Shown: positions 12,729 to 25,935 of the stretch, piece by piece
Layout: each line of letters opens with the position of its first letter
How positions within the stretch are numbered: the stretch's first letter is position 1
NCBI GenBank assembly: GCA_964304625.1
Contig: OZ199838.1
Span: 3,730,505 to 3,794,504, forward strand
Direction: 5' to 3'
Length of the DNA: 64,000 nucleotides
DNA from: Kudoa neothunni
Taxonomy: Eukaryota; Animalia; Cnidaria
Translations under genes and position numbers: made by a program
The notes under the pieces: generated by a model
The model's input: the letters and a program-made list of their open reading frames with translations, nothing else
Told to the model about the DNA's origin: nothing
Databases searched by the model: none

Positions 12729-14891
12729 AGGGCTTGGGTTTTTTTTTAATTTTTTACAAAATTTTATTGATAAAAGGAAATATTTGGATACTACATAAAA
12801 AATCAGCTTTAATCGTTGATTTATTATTAATAATTCCTTTTATTGGTAATGATTATTCCGTTGGGAGATTTTTTTACGTTAAATATGGTTTGAAATTGAT
12901 GTAAACTACGTTTATAATTTGAATGAAAAAAAATGCACGCCTAATGTTGTACTTTCTCAGCTTTTTAAAAAATTAAATTTTCCGGAAAAGTTTTAAATTA
13001 TTAAATTAAATTTATATAAAATATAAAAATGCTTATATTAGGGAATACCCATTGCTGTAAAATTGAGATTGTAATTTTAGTTTGAACGGTGAATAAGAAA
13101 ACACATTAACTATAAATGGAGGAAATTATCGTTGTAAATATCTCTAATAATTAATCTCTATATATTTATGAATTAAGCATATAGAGAAAGATTTTGTCTT
13201 TCAATTTTTTGATTATATCCATGTTTTTATTGAAAATGAACTAACCTAACTGATAATTTGCAATAACAAACAAATCGTAAATGTTTAAAGTCAATTTTTT
13301 AATATATGAGATATTAAAATGTCATCCGCATTGTTAATATTATCCATTTGTATTAGTTACATCGAATATAATAAGAATATTTTTTAATCTAATCAGCAAT
13401 TAAAACTCGGCTATAATGTAGAAATTTATTCTGTATTTTTATTATTATCTTTTGTATGTAATAAAATAGAGTTAATTCAACCCTAAAACAATCTAATAAT
13501 AAAAGTGTACATTTATGTGTTATCCTTATAATTTTAACTCAACGAATCTACTCAGATTAAAATAACAACATGTAATCCTGTAAGGAAACCAAAGTACTAA
13601 TAAATTTGTACATGTGGATAAGTTCATAGTTATAAAAATATTTCTGTTTTTCTCTATTGACTATTAGTTCAATTTTTGTTATTTAATAAATTAATCTAGA
13701 ATAATTTTTATTAATATAAAAATAGAAAAACGTTGACATCAACGTTTAATTTAATTCAACTCATTTAACATAAAAATCACAAAATAATGATTATACACTT
13801 TGATTTGGAGATATTGTTAAATTTAATGATGACTAAAATTAGTACGCAATATCCATCAAAAAACTCCATATGGGATTGAATTTAAGTGTGAAATATCCAT
13901 TTTCTAGCATTTATAAAAAAACAATTTTTAAATAAATAATTCTAAGTGTTTCCCTAATAGCTAATAAGACTTATAAGATAGAACTGCACTTTAGAAAACT
14001 ATAAAATAATGACATACAACGATAAGTGCGCAATATCCACCTACGCAATAACCGTTTTTTACTGTAACTCGATAATAACCTACGATGATTAGTTTTTATT
14101 GCCCAAATTAATACATTTATCCGATACATTTTTATACTCTCTTTCCTCGAAACCTTTGGTACGCTTCTTAATATGAACAAAAATATTTAAATAATTAGAT
14201 ATAGTAAGTTTTCAATCTATACATTAAATCTTATCGCTCAACATTAAGTTTAACGCTCGCTATAACGAAACTTGAGGACCTAGTTTCAGTATGTAGGGAT
14301 TCAATCCATGTGATTACAACATACGCTTCCAATTCTTCATTAATTTAGCAAATTTTTCATATTTTAGCTAGTTTAAATGCAATCTATAGAACTTTTAAAG
14401 TGTACTTATCAAGTCAAATTGATTAAAAGTTCCCAAAATAAGGAATGTATTTAAGGACACATCTACTTAAAACGCACAGGTAGATCAGCGATATAAGATG
14501 TATCTTGAAATCGTGGATTTAAACCTTAAGTTTGAACTACTAAAATGTTCAAAATAACTTTCAGAAGTTCATTATAAATAAATGCCGCCATGAATAAACA
14601 AATATAATCCTATTATCGACACCACGTATTCCGCCTAACAACCCTAACATCGAGGACAACACAATTTCTTACTTTAATTTTGAACTTTAGTCAGTGTAAT
14701 AACAAATGAGAGAATTTTTAAATTACCGCAAACTATTAAAAGTTACATAAATAACTATCTATAAGGAAAAAAATTTTCCAGCACATGCGTAATTAGGAGC
14801 ACACACACCAGGTGGCACAATGTTCGATGTCGGATAAGCATTATTAATATGTACGAGCGGATGTTAGGACACACGGTATTAATGCCAATCC

Positions 14892-17639
14892 GGTAATTGG
14901 GAATGTGCAGCTCTCAATTTGCACCCTCTTGCGCATGTCCGACAATCCCGATTTTATTTTAAATCGATTATTCACTATTTAAACTTTTGGCCGAACAATA
15001 ATTAACTCAATAATGCACTTCCAAAAATTTTGCTAAAATTCACGTTCGGCTTCAATCGGTGCGTGTGTATGTGAATGCGCAAGGTAGTTCTGTTCTATTC
15101 TCCATATGAATTTAACATATTAACCATTATTAAGCGTGGACTTGCCTCGTTTAAAATTTAAAATGAATAGTTGGAATGTTGCGGAAAGTAAAAATAATTG
15201 TTCATAATTGCACGAAATAACTAAAATGTATTAATTTCGTCTGCCAAAGTTTTCTAACTTTCTGTTTTTTAAAGTCGTTTATTATAAATTTTTTTAGTTT
15301 ATATATTATTTTTAATATTCAAAACCAATTTTTAAATACGCTAATCCACGAATATATCACGTGTATTATTAATATTCTCTCAAAAACATATTAACTAAGA
15401 ATTAATTCAAATCAACTTATAATATTGTAGATAAAATCTACAGGTTTGCTGTTTTGTACGGTTTTTTTAAATTTTTGATAAAGTGGTTGGGAACCTGTAA
15501 GATGATTTTAAAAAAACTCTTTTGCAATATTTTATTCGATACAATTTATTATTGAGATATTTTTCATAAATAAGTCATACATGGTAGAAATGTATGTTTT
15601 TTATTTTATCATTTGAATTCTATATGGAAGTTAAATTTTATGATTTCATTTATCGTTTTCAATCTTCTACATTAAAAACATTACTTGAGATAAATTAAAA
15701 ATTGTACTTCGTATATTATTACATTCTTATGAGGTTAAAAAGCAAATATTACAATAATCAATGATTCCGTTTAAAAATATTTCAATAATATAGAGGAGAT
15801 TAAAAAACTCAATTTAAATATTATATTTATTTTCAATTTAACATTGCGCATAGAATAAGAAAAAAACTTAAAAGAACCAAAAAATGAAATTATTATTCAA
15901 TTAATTCTAAGAGATAGGGTAGGGTGTATTTATCGAATTTAAAATAAAATCGAAAAATCCCCATTTATTGCTGAACTTCGATCACATCCATTCTTCGTGA
16001 AGATATGAATCAAGGTATGCTCTGGGGACACCACTCATCCGTCGTAATAATTTGGTCTTAAGATGATGCCACACAACTTCCATTGTATTTGTGTGGTAGC
16101 CTTCTCTTGTGACATATTCCTTGGAATGATTAACACTTACATGGGTAAATCCGTACATACCAAGGGTTTGATATGTTTTCCATCCATCAATAGAGATTGT
16201 GGAACCAGGCTCAACTTCTTGACGTATTAATGGTATCAATGTACTCGCATCCCTTCTTTGATCAATAAAAAATCTGGATTCTAATAGACTTCTTTTGCCT
16301 TCATTATCGACGGAGCATTCGCATATCGCGACCACTCAAAGCCCTTCGATACGATTACCATAACGCTCAACAGTGTAGTTTTCACTGTTTTCGATTTAGT
16401 CATTTTCCAATTCAGATGGAATATAGGTTTCATTAGGTGCGCTTCTCCATCAATCATATGCCAAATATTGTCCACGATTATTTTTTCGCTTCCCCCCTTA
16501 GGAGACATTCATCAATTTCGATAACTTTTTTAGGGCCACCAAATTTTGAACGCAAATAAAACGATTCAGTTGAAATCATCCGAAATTTGGAAAACCAATA
16601 AATAACCGTTTTTCCAGATAATTGTGCCAAGCTAATTGTTCTGCATCGCTGTTCTTCAAAACTCCATAAATATACCATCCCAAATATTTCCTGAATTGTT
16701 AAATTTGAACAATTATTCCCAAGTACGTTAGTTATTGAAAAGAACGTTGATGTCTGAGGTGAACAATGAGTTTTGCATTTTCTACGGTAGAAAAATAAAA
16801 TATATTTTACTAACAACGCTATTTGGAACATGTATATGAAAATCTTTCAACTAAATAATTGTTCTGTTCACTCAAAGCATTATTACTTAATTTTCTTTTA
16901 ATAACTTTCAGTTTAAAACTATTATGTCTTCCGCAATTTCCACATCTTGTAGGAATTCGGATAAGGTTTTTGTCAATTGACAGATTTGTTAGTTTCTCGT
17001 TGCTGAGTAAAATGCTGTAAAATTGGCGCTGACTACTAATAAACACCATAACGAAGATTCAATAAATGTCGTGTTATCTACAATGAAAACTACTTCGAAA
17101 ATGTAAAAATGTGTTATTTATATTTGGATACAAATAAAAAATACATTAATTATTAGGGGTTCATAAAATAAATTATACATATATTTGAATTTATTTTAGA
17201 TAAAAACCAAAATTTAAGAGAGAAATCTATTCAATGTTTCTTCTAAGTGCGTTCTCAAGAAGTTGGCATAGTCAAAGTGATACAGTTAACGCGGAAATGT
17301 TTTCCATTAGAGTCGACAGTCGACAGAAAGATGAACACTTTCTTGAAATAATGGTGGTAAAAACATCTTGGAGATTTAAAACAACGCAAAACCACGCTTA
17401 ATCACTGCTAGTATGTTAAATTCATACGGAAAATGGAACAAAATTATCTTGCGCATTCAAACTAACACGCGCCGATTGAAGCCGAACGTGAATTTTGGCA
17501 AAATTTTTAGAAGTGAATTATGGGGCTAATTGTTGTTCAATCAAAAGTTTAAAATAGTGAATAATTGATTAAAATAAAATCGGGATTGTCGAACATGCTC
17601 AAGATGATGAAAATGGGAGCTGCATACTTCCCCATTACC
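14892..17639 (-). mobile_element. Merlin (ISXO2/IS1595-like) DNA transposon with ~270-bp imperfect TIRs
   Basis: 14892-~15160 is the reverse complement of ~17372-17639, with GG...CC termini. The degenerate 8-bp TSD gccaatcc / gctaacct differs only by transitions. Confidence 0.9.
15982..17049 (-). pseudogene. Merlin/ISXO2 DDE transposase, frameshifted
   Basis: Overlapping ORFs carry GGPKKVIEIDECLLRG, RDASTLIPLIRQEVEPGSTISIDGWKTY, VNHSKEYV...HTNTMEVVWHHLK and YLDSYLHEEWM. Confidence 0.9.
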
Positions 17640-18816
17640 GCTAACCTTAAGTGTTCCGATCATTTAGATTAAAATTCAAAATAATGCAATTTAAAAATTT
17701 GCAGAAGTTTCTTTCTGAAAAGAATATTGGGTTAGTTGAGAACACAAATGCTGCCGATCTCCGTCTCTGGTAAATCATCTCACTTATTAAATAGAACGAC
17801 TACATTTACAAATCTCACACTATATTTAAATATGCTATCAAACTTTCGCCCATAAACTCTGAAGAATTCTTAATTGGTACAGACAATTTAAAATTTCATA
17901 AATGCCCAATCTTAAACAGACAGATGAGTGTTGAACAGGTTACAAAGCCTAACATTAAACATATCACTAATTATAAGAATCAGTTGAAGGTGACGGCTGC
18001 AGATCAGCTTGAAATAAAAGAAATATTTTATCTGGGAGGGAAAGGATGGCTATGCTAAGGTATATTGAAATAATTTATTTGGCACATTCTTGAACGAGCG
18101 AAGTAAATGAGTTTTCATTAAAATTTTTAGGGGTTTATAGCGCAAATTCGGTTCTAAATTAACAACGGCACATGTGATTACACCTGTCTTTCATACCAGT
18201 GATAAAAAGTTTGAAAGTTACAGTGGATTACACATAACAATGAAGTTAAAAATGCAGTTATAGATATATTTACGCAATTTTGGATTTTTTCGAAATTAAC
18301 CATTTAAATGTGCAAGTTAATAATGCCCTCGCTGATTCCATTATAAGTTAGTCTAACCTTTGTCAACAAAGAGGACTCACGGTTGCCACTGATATTTTTT
18401 GTTATTGTTGAACAGCACACGTATAGGGAAGAAACACGAAATTATTTAAACGAATCTGTTTCGAAAATATATATGTATATATATGATCCTCTAATTTATT
18501 GTGATTATTCTGGCTATTCTAACCTCAAACATCTTGCGAGTTCAATTTATTCTATCCCAGTGAGTTCTGCGGAATTTAAAAGACATACCTCAAGGCCGAA
18601 TTAACGTTGCAAAAGATCCGTAATCGCTTAAGGTCATGTTATTTTGGGAGATTAGTTTTTATCAGAGATTATAACTCCTCTAGATCATTAGAATAGTTGT
18701 TGAATCAAATTAAATATTCGGAGGTTTTTTAAGGACTATGCATATGCTCAGCTGTTTCTATATGGATTATGTAGGTTCGGACGCGGACAAATTTTATTGA
18801 AACTTGTGCCACCCTG

Positions 18817-18851
18817 GCACACACGGACACTTCAGCTTTATATATAGTAGA
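18817..18851 (-). mobile_element. 5' end of a Helitron-like non-autonomous element, continuing left of 14800 and interrupted by the hAT
   Basis: The minus strand reads A|TCTACTATATATAAAGCTGAAGTGTCCGTGTGTGC, then beyond the hAT continues gtgtgtgctcctaattacgc. This is a TC start at an A|T site followed by a GT microsatellite. Confidence 0.5.
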
Positions 18852-19006
18852 TAATGATATGTCAATACTGTTTTGTAATATTTTGGGAAACTACTTTTCG
18901 CACAATAAAGATATTCACATTAACACTTATTAGAGCTTAAAAAATAGAATTTTTCCTTATTAGCTAATTAAAAAACAACTCTCTGTACATTATTATTTCT
19001 AAAATA

Positions 19007-20367
19007 TAGGGTTTTCTGAGCTTTAGTGACACGGTATTTAAGATAGCTATATAATTAGGTAAAAAAATACGAAAATATTACTTTAAATTTCGAATGAACA
19101 ACAAATAATAATTTTGGGAATTTGAAAAAGATATCCAAACACTATCGTATAATTTATACTTATTCTAAAATAATTTCTCGGTTCAAACATCTGCTGATAT
19201 ATCGAAGCATTTTTCGATAATAATTTGAGCAGTCGTTGGTGGAAATAACTTTGAAACCATCATCTATTAAATTTAAAAGGTCGCTTTCATTTCTCGCATG
19301 TCCTCTCACAACATGGTTTTTCCATTTGCTGAAAACATTTTCAATTAGATTCATGAAGGGTGAATACGGAGGTAGATACATCAACGTTAGTTGTAACGTT
19401 GCTAAAATTTCGCTAAGTCCCCGATAATGATGTATCCTTGCATTATCGAGTATGAAGCATGGATCTTCAATTTCAAAGAACGGCACAAATCTGCCAACTC
19501 AATGAGGAACTCTTTAAAATCTTCGCCATTTACTGGTCTTCGATTTATTTTATATAGCACCATGCCATACTTATTCATCGCTGCGATGACGGATATGTTC
19601 CTTGACTTGACGGCTTTCACGTTTACATATGCTGATGTACCAGCAAGCGAACGACCCTGTCTTGTACGTGACGATACATTAAAACCAACTTCGTCAATAA
19701 AAACAAAGTTGCTGCCTTCTGCCTCAAGCAATTTTGAATTGAACTCTTGGGCGTACACAAAACGTTTTTCCACTGTATCGTCAGAGTTTCTTCGTTCAGG
19801 AACAATGGTGAGCATTTTTAAAGAATAATGGAATTCTTTAAGGCATCTATTTATTGTGCTAACGCTAACACTCACGCCACATTCGTCTAATAATTTTTGA
19901 CGAAGAGTCTTAAGGGTAATGGTGGCGTCCTCATCCACCCAACTTCTAATACGCAACTTTTGATCTTCATTGAGTTTTGAAGAAAAGTCACCACCCCTTT
20001 TTAATGACTTTTCTTTCCCATCAAGAAGATACGATTTTACAATTGAAGCAACAGTTTGTCGCTTAATTCCAACATTTTCAGCGATGACGGCGTTGCTGTA
20101 ACCCAATTCGCACTGATTAGCAATCATTTTCCTATCTCGGTCACTTATTGTTTTTGTCTCTTAAATTTGGTTCGAGTTGTCATTTGAGAATCGTCGCTAT
20201 TATCTGTTTTTAAAGTTCATAAATATTAAACTAACGTGTAGTGTTAAATTTATACCACTCATATTATTTTTATTCGATTAATTTACAATGTGAACGTAAT
20301 TATAAGCTTAAATTACGCACGTGTCACTAAAGCTTGACATGATGTCACTAAAGCTCGAAAAACCCTA
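19007..20367 (-). mobile_element. IS630/Tc1-like DD34E transposon, nearly intact; transposase 19160-20183 with two 1-nt frameshifts
   Basis: TIRs tagggttttctgagctttagtgaca / tgtcactaaagctcgaaaaacccta with TA flanks. Motifs FIDEVGF and FILDNARIH...LPPYSPFMNLIE, with 34 residues between D and E. ATG at 20183; frameshifts near 20150 and 19480. Confidence 0.93.
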
Positions 20368-22081
20368 TATATTAATACACATGAGGCTATAACTAAACTT
20401 ATTAAATAAATATTAATTATCTATTCCTATTATCTCTCATTACTTTAGAATGTTTCAGAGTAGAATCTTGCTTTCCGTTCATCGTTTATAGCGAATAAAT
20501 TAATAAATACCAAAAAAATGTATTAAAATAGCGGAATGTTAAAGAAAAAATTGATAATGTAAATATATAAACTTAAAGTAACTATAAACTAAATGACAAA
20601 AAATAACTTATTTCTCTGAAGTTCTCCCAAAAATATGACTGGAAAATTCTAACCCACTTCTATTTAACCAACATAATAAAATTATGGGTGAAATATCTTT
20701 AAAACTAATGTAATTATTTTAAATAATAAATTACAAACGCAGTACCTGAAGTATTATTTTTTCGCACGACGCTTGAAACAATTTAAAAGAAAACCATTTA
20801 AATATATCTATACTAAATAATGATGGATGCATATCTTCATTGCATGAGAAAAGGACAACATTGAAACATATAAGCGTTATATATACGTACATAAGATAGT
20901 TTTTAACACGGATAAAATTAAAAGTACCGTAAAGTTGCTATAAAAAACGTTTCACCATAGATTTATACTTATTGGGACATCACATAAATTGGTTGGAACA
21001 CAAAAATTAAAATTACATACGCTATTCACCTCCATATTCGGAAAAAAATCAAGTTAACAGATAATTTGAACATTAAAGTTAAATTGTTATAAATCATTTC
21101 AATTGAAAAGATGCATCAAAACTATTGCAGTAATTTTTAAAATATAATTGTTTAGTTGATAATTTTATCAGGATGTTAACAGATAATAGTTAGAGCATGA
21201 TAAACGTTGATTGTTTAAAAAATGGGCGGCGTCGTATCCGAATACATTTTAGTGATTAAACGACAAATAATACATTTTAATTTCTCCAGTAAAGCTTTGC
21301 TATTACATCAAAGCCTTTTTAAATGTTATTTATAATTGTTAAACTAAATAATTTATTGGGTGTTAAAATAAAAAAACTCTATAATCAATGAAGAAAATTA
21401 TATTCCATTAATTCCAATAGACGCTGTAAATAGTTGGAAATTAAAAGTAATATATTTTGAAAATATTCCGTTAAAAATAAAGTCTTCAAATAGTAAGAAA
21501 CACAATAAAATTAATTATGCTTATCAGAGTGGAATAAATCCTATACAGAAATATTCACATACCTGGTTCAACCTTCAGCCAACCAAAGCTAGTAAATATC
21601 ACCTTGGAGAATTGTAGAGCTTACATCGGTTTTCAATTAATCAATGCAATTCATGAAAAAAATCATTTTAATTTGAGATTTAATTTGTTTATAACATATG
21701 GTCATCTATCAAACATTACATAATCCTAGTTTAGCGGAAATTAAGTCAACCCCATCAATTTTTTAAATAAACAATCCGTTCATAGGGGATTGGTATATTA
21801 TTTGTTGAACTAAAAATTTCCCCTGCAACTACACACTCAAGTACACTTGTATCGAGATACACCAACTACTTCTATCGGTAACATTTAATTTGTTAATGAT
21901 ATTACAAAAGAATAGTTAAAATAACCGATGTGAGCCTACAACACAAATAAAAAATCTCAGATTAGATAAGCCCATTCAACAGGTGCCAAATAAAAAACTG
22001 TCGGTCGGTCGGTTATTTCGATCAATCGGTGACGTGTGGTCTATTGTGATAGTGAGACAGCCGACGAATGTAACCGAGAAA

Positions 22082-22696
22082 ATGAGTGAAAAGGGGGTTT
22101 GGGTTAAGCCTGCAAAAAGAACCACTAGACGACTTAGAGATTTGCTTACTGAGGAGGAACTGTCAATCCTTGAAAACAATGGTCTATTTTATCTAGATTC
22201 TCGTTGAATGTTCTGACTCGTTTGTTTATGTGAAGAACCTGTTGTAACTGTGGCACCAGTTAAAGTGATACCTAAAAAAATCACAAGAGCTTCAAATAGA
22301 AAATTTAAAGATTTGGACATTGACAACAAATTTGACACATTACCAGTGAAAGCAAAACGACTTTCTAATGTTGATCGTGATGATGCTGCAAAACAAGAAG
22401 CCACACCACAAACAACCTCCAAAAATGCCACCACCCCATCAAGCCATAAACCTCGAGGTAGGCCGGCCAAAATCAAAAAACCTGTTGAAACTCCCAAAAA
22501 ATCCAGCAAAAAGGTAGCTGATTTTTTTGAGTTGTTCATTTTATAACGATAAAAATTGTAGAAATCTGCTGCTAAGGCGATGGATGATTTGGATGTACTT
22601 CCTCAGCGTCAGGTTGACTCCTGGGTGTATGTATGTGTAGCATCGTTGATGCTGTTGATTTTGATCTTGGTTATTGCTGCCTACTTTAGAAAGTAA
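22082..22696 (+). CDS. 170-aa basic protein with an AT-hook and a C-terminal transmembrane (tail) anchor; exons 22082-22181, 22236-22513, 22562-22696
   Basis: Two GT-AG introns (54 and 48 nt) join three GC-richer exons in frame. The product has KPRGRPAK (AT-hook), TPKK/TP sites and ends WVYVCVASLMLLILILVIAAYFRK*. Confidence 0.8.
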
Positions 22697-23458
22697 TATG
22701 GTTATTTTTGGTGTGATCTATTGTTGATTTGTTTTAGTTTTAATGAATCTTCTTTTTTCCATAAATAACAACTTAGTACGTACGTAATAACTGTTAGTAT
22801 GTGCATGCTGTGACGTGTTACATACAAAGTCCTACGTTTGTGCAATCTTTCATTTTTTCAGTTCTTATTTTTGGAATGGTGGAAGGACCAATTCTTTTTC
22901 TGTTATTATTATTATTGTTGATAGACTTTGTGTGAATGGTGTGCTTAATGCAATTTTTTTCTTTTTGGAAGTCAAAGATATTAGAGGAGCAAGTTAACAT
23001 TGTGTTCCCGCATCAAAAACAAAATTAACATCAGCCTTTGTGCAATATTTTAGAAACCACAGTTAATATTTGATTAATACTTTAATATTCCATGGATTAT
23101 TTTTAGTGTGGTCAAATAAACGGATTGGACTTTCACGCATACTCACTCGTTGGTGTTTAATATGTTATTGCGTGATACCTAAATATTAACAGGTTGTTTA
23201 TGCATCTTATTTATTGGTTATTTTTAACGGGAAAATAATACAAATACCTACTGTTCAGTTAACAAAAATCTCTAAATTTCGACCAGTTTTTGAATCGGGC
23301 TAAGTCGGACTCTTGTAAAAACTCGACCTTGATCACATACACGTCTAAAGTTTTATTAATTCAACGAGTGTGCTATTTAAAATTGTTATGAACATTTTAT
23401 CATTTAACGTACTAAGCTAATGTGAAAAATGAAATGATAAAAATTGATATAGGACATA

Positions 23459-24612
23459 AAGTAGGTGACGGCTCGTGGGCACTAGCCATGATTTAATGAT
23501 TTACACAATATTGTTACTAATTAAAATAAATCAAATAGAAGCATAACAATTATAATAAATTGTTTAAACCGTAGTTTTTGTTTTAATTCGCTATATATAA
23601 GAATTAGCTCAAATTTACCACTCGTGGACACTTCAAGTGAACCAAGAAGTTACGTTCTATGCTATGAGAGATAAAATGGATATAATGCCATATTATGAAA
23701 GATTATGAAAGATTATCGAATGGGGATCACAGATAAACTAAAACTCTGAATTATTTTCACTTAAAATATCTATCCTCTTTAAATAGGATTTTGGGTAATA
23801 AAGAATCTATTATGAAGTCTCATAATGGAATGAAAATAATAAAAATTTACTATTTCTATGAATGATGCTCTAATTTATTTGAGAAAAACGTACAAATCTT
23901 TCAGAATACGAAATTATCAAATGTTATCTACATTCATAGATCTAGAAACGACGATTTACGATTCAAGAATGTCAAAGCTTTACCAATAAAATATTAACAA
24001 TCTTTCCAAGACAAAATACAACTAATAAATATGCTAAAAACTTTTAATTATATTTTATTGAGTATATTAATTAATTTTATTAAATTATGCATATCAATAT
24101 ATATTAAATTTATCTTGATTATTAACTCTTACTCCTACTTCTCATGAGTACAGAAAATAATTTGTTTGTTACATAACACCTCCTTAAGATATAATGATTC
24201 ATCAAGAAAGTTTTCTGCATGTTTATATTTGAAATCGTCCAAACCTTTAAGATTAAAATAAAATTAATTTTGATTGTAATAAAATTTGATGTATGAATTT
24301 CATTTATTATTTTTTTTAATTTTTGTTGACAGAAATCATTGGTTTTATCATCACGTTGTCTAAATGGTTTGTTTCTACAGATTAAAGTCAAGGATCGACT
24401 AGATTAATCGTATCTAATCTTTACATGATTGCTATAAGAACATTTTATTTTATTAATATATTTTTGAACATAAATGCAAACATAGTGATAAATAAGAGAG
24501 ACTAAATTGCAAGAACCCACATAAAATTTTGCTTTGTTCGCATGCATCATGACGGCTCGAGGACACCTCGAACCCAATTCCCATTTTAGTGCCCATGACC
24601 CGTCACCTACTG
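23459..24612. mobile_element. pogo/mariner-type MITE
   Basis: TIRs aagtaggtgacggctcgtgggcacta / tagtgcccatgacccgtcacctactg, TA on both sides, no coding capacity. Confidence 0.75.
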
Positions 24613-25935
24613 TATTTAGCACAAAAATTTCTTATTTTTCTTTGTCAAAGTTATATTTTTAACTTTATTAAATAACAAGGTGCTTTTACGTTTATTCTTT
24701 TTTAGTTTATATATTTTTTATACTCAAAAACGTAGCTTTACGTGTATACTATATTGAAAAGTTATTCAACTAAATATTTCTTAATGTGATATCAAATATT
24801 TTAGTTTATAGGAATCATTAAATTTCTTTAAGGGAAAAGTAACGTGCAATATTGTTTAAAAAATTATTTCTAAGTGAGATTTTTATTCTAAAACTCCCCC
24901 CCCCCCCCCCAAATAGACAAATTATTCTTTCTAATAAAATGATGTTCGAACACATATAGAAAGGATTTATCAGAACAGTTCATGTTGAGGAAAGAAACAG
25001 AGAAGAAATTCTGGAGGAAGAGTCGTTGAATCTGATTGGACGGTCGTAATCTAATGAGAAACTTATATAATCCATCGTATTACAACCCAAAAATATTTAT
25101 CCTATATTTCATTTTTGTTATTGCAATGGGTGGCTCGCAATTTCTAAGATTGTACGTGCGATAATATGGAAGAAAAAATGCTATAAATCAACTACAGTCG
25201 ATGACCAATAATTCGCAAAGCCCTCGGGGTCGGGGGAAATTACAAATAAACCCTCTCTGTCCGGAATGCGGTCTGCGTGGACCCCAAATCTGACTAATTT
25301 GAACCTAACTTTAGATAGATAAATCTAAACCATCCGTAAATTTAGGAATTGCCCTAAAAATTTACAACACTTGGAATGGCATAAAAAATCCATCTTAAAA
25401 AATTATTATCGGCTAATTTTAATGATTTCTGTGCCTTCAGAAACAAAAATATGTTTCGTTTTTAAGAAAAACACACACGTACTGAGAAAATTTATTTTTC
25501 TCTTATACTTGTAGATTTAAAGATTTAGAATGTAATATTTAATTGAGTAAATGATGAAACTTTGCTTATTATAAAATTTCACCCTGGATTACCGAATCTT
25601 AATCCCGAAGTAATTTATCTAATTTCATATTTACTTTTCGTTACTGTAAACTTGTCGCTAGAGAGATGTAAGTAGTTCCTCAGTAAAACTTTTAATTTTA
25701 ATCCTTTTTAAGGAGAATCAATGAGGTAGTTTAAATATAGTGGATTTTTTTTTGTTTTACTTAACTTTATAATTATGAAAACCTACTTCTTATATTATTA
25801 AATCTAATGGGGAAACTTTTTAAAACAGAGCAATACAGTGAAAGTTTAAAATTACATAACAGAAATAACACAACAAATCTAGTTTTCTAATAACAAATTA
25901 GTTCTAATAAAAAGAACGTATAAATCAAATATCAA

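Larger units (their letters stand above)
14809..18816 (+). mobile_element. Decayed hAT element containing a nested Merlin element
   Basis: Termini caggtggcacaa / ttgtgccaccctg, with an 8-bp TSD acacacac / gcacacac. A hATC dimerisation remnant YSNLKHLASSIYSIPVSSAEFKR...IRNRL lies at about 18500-18630. Confidence 0.75.
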
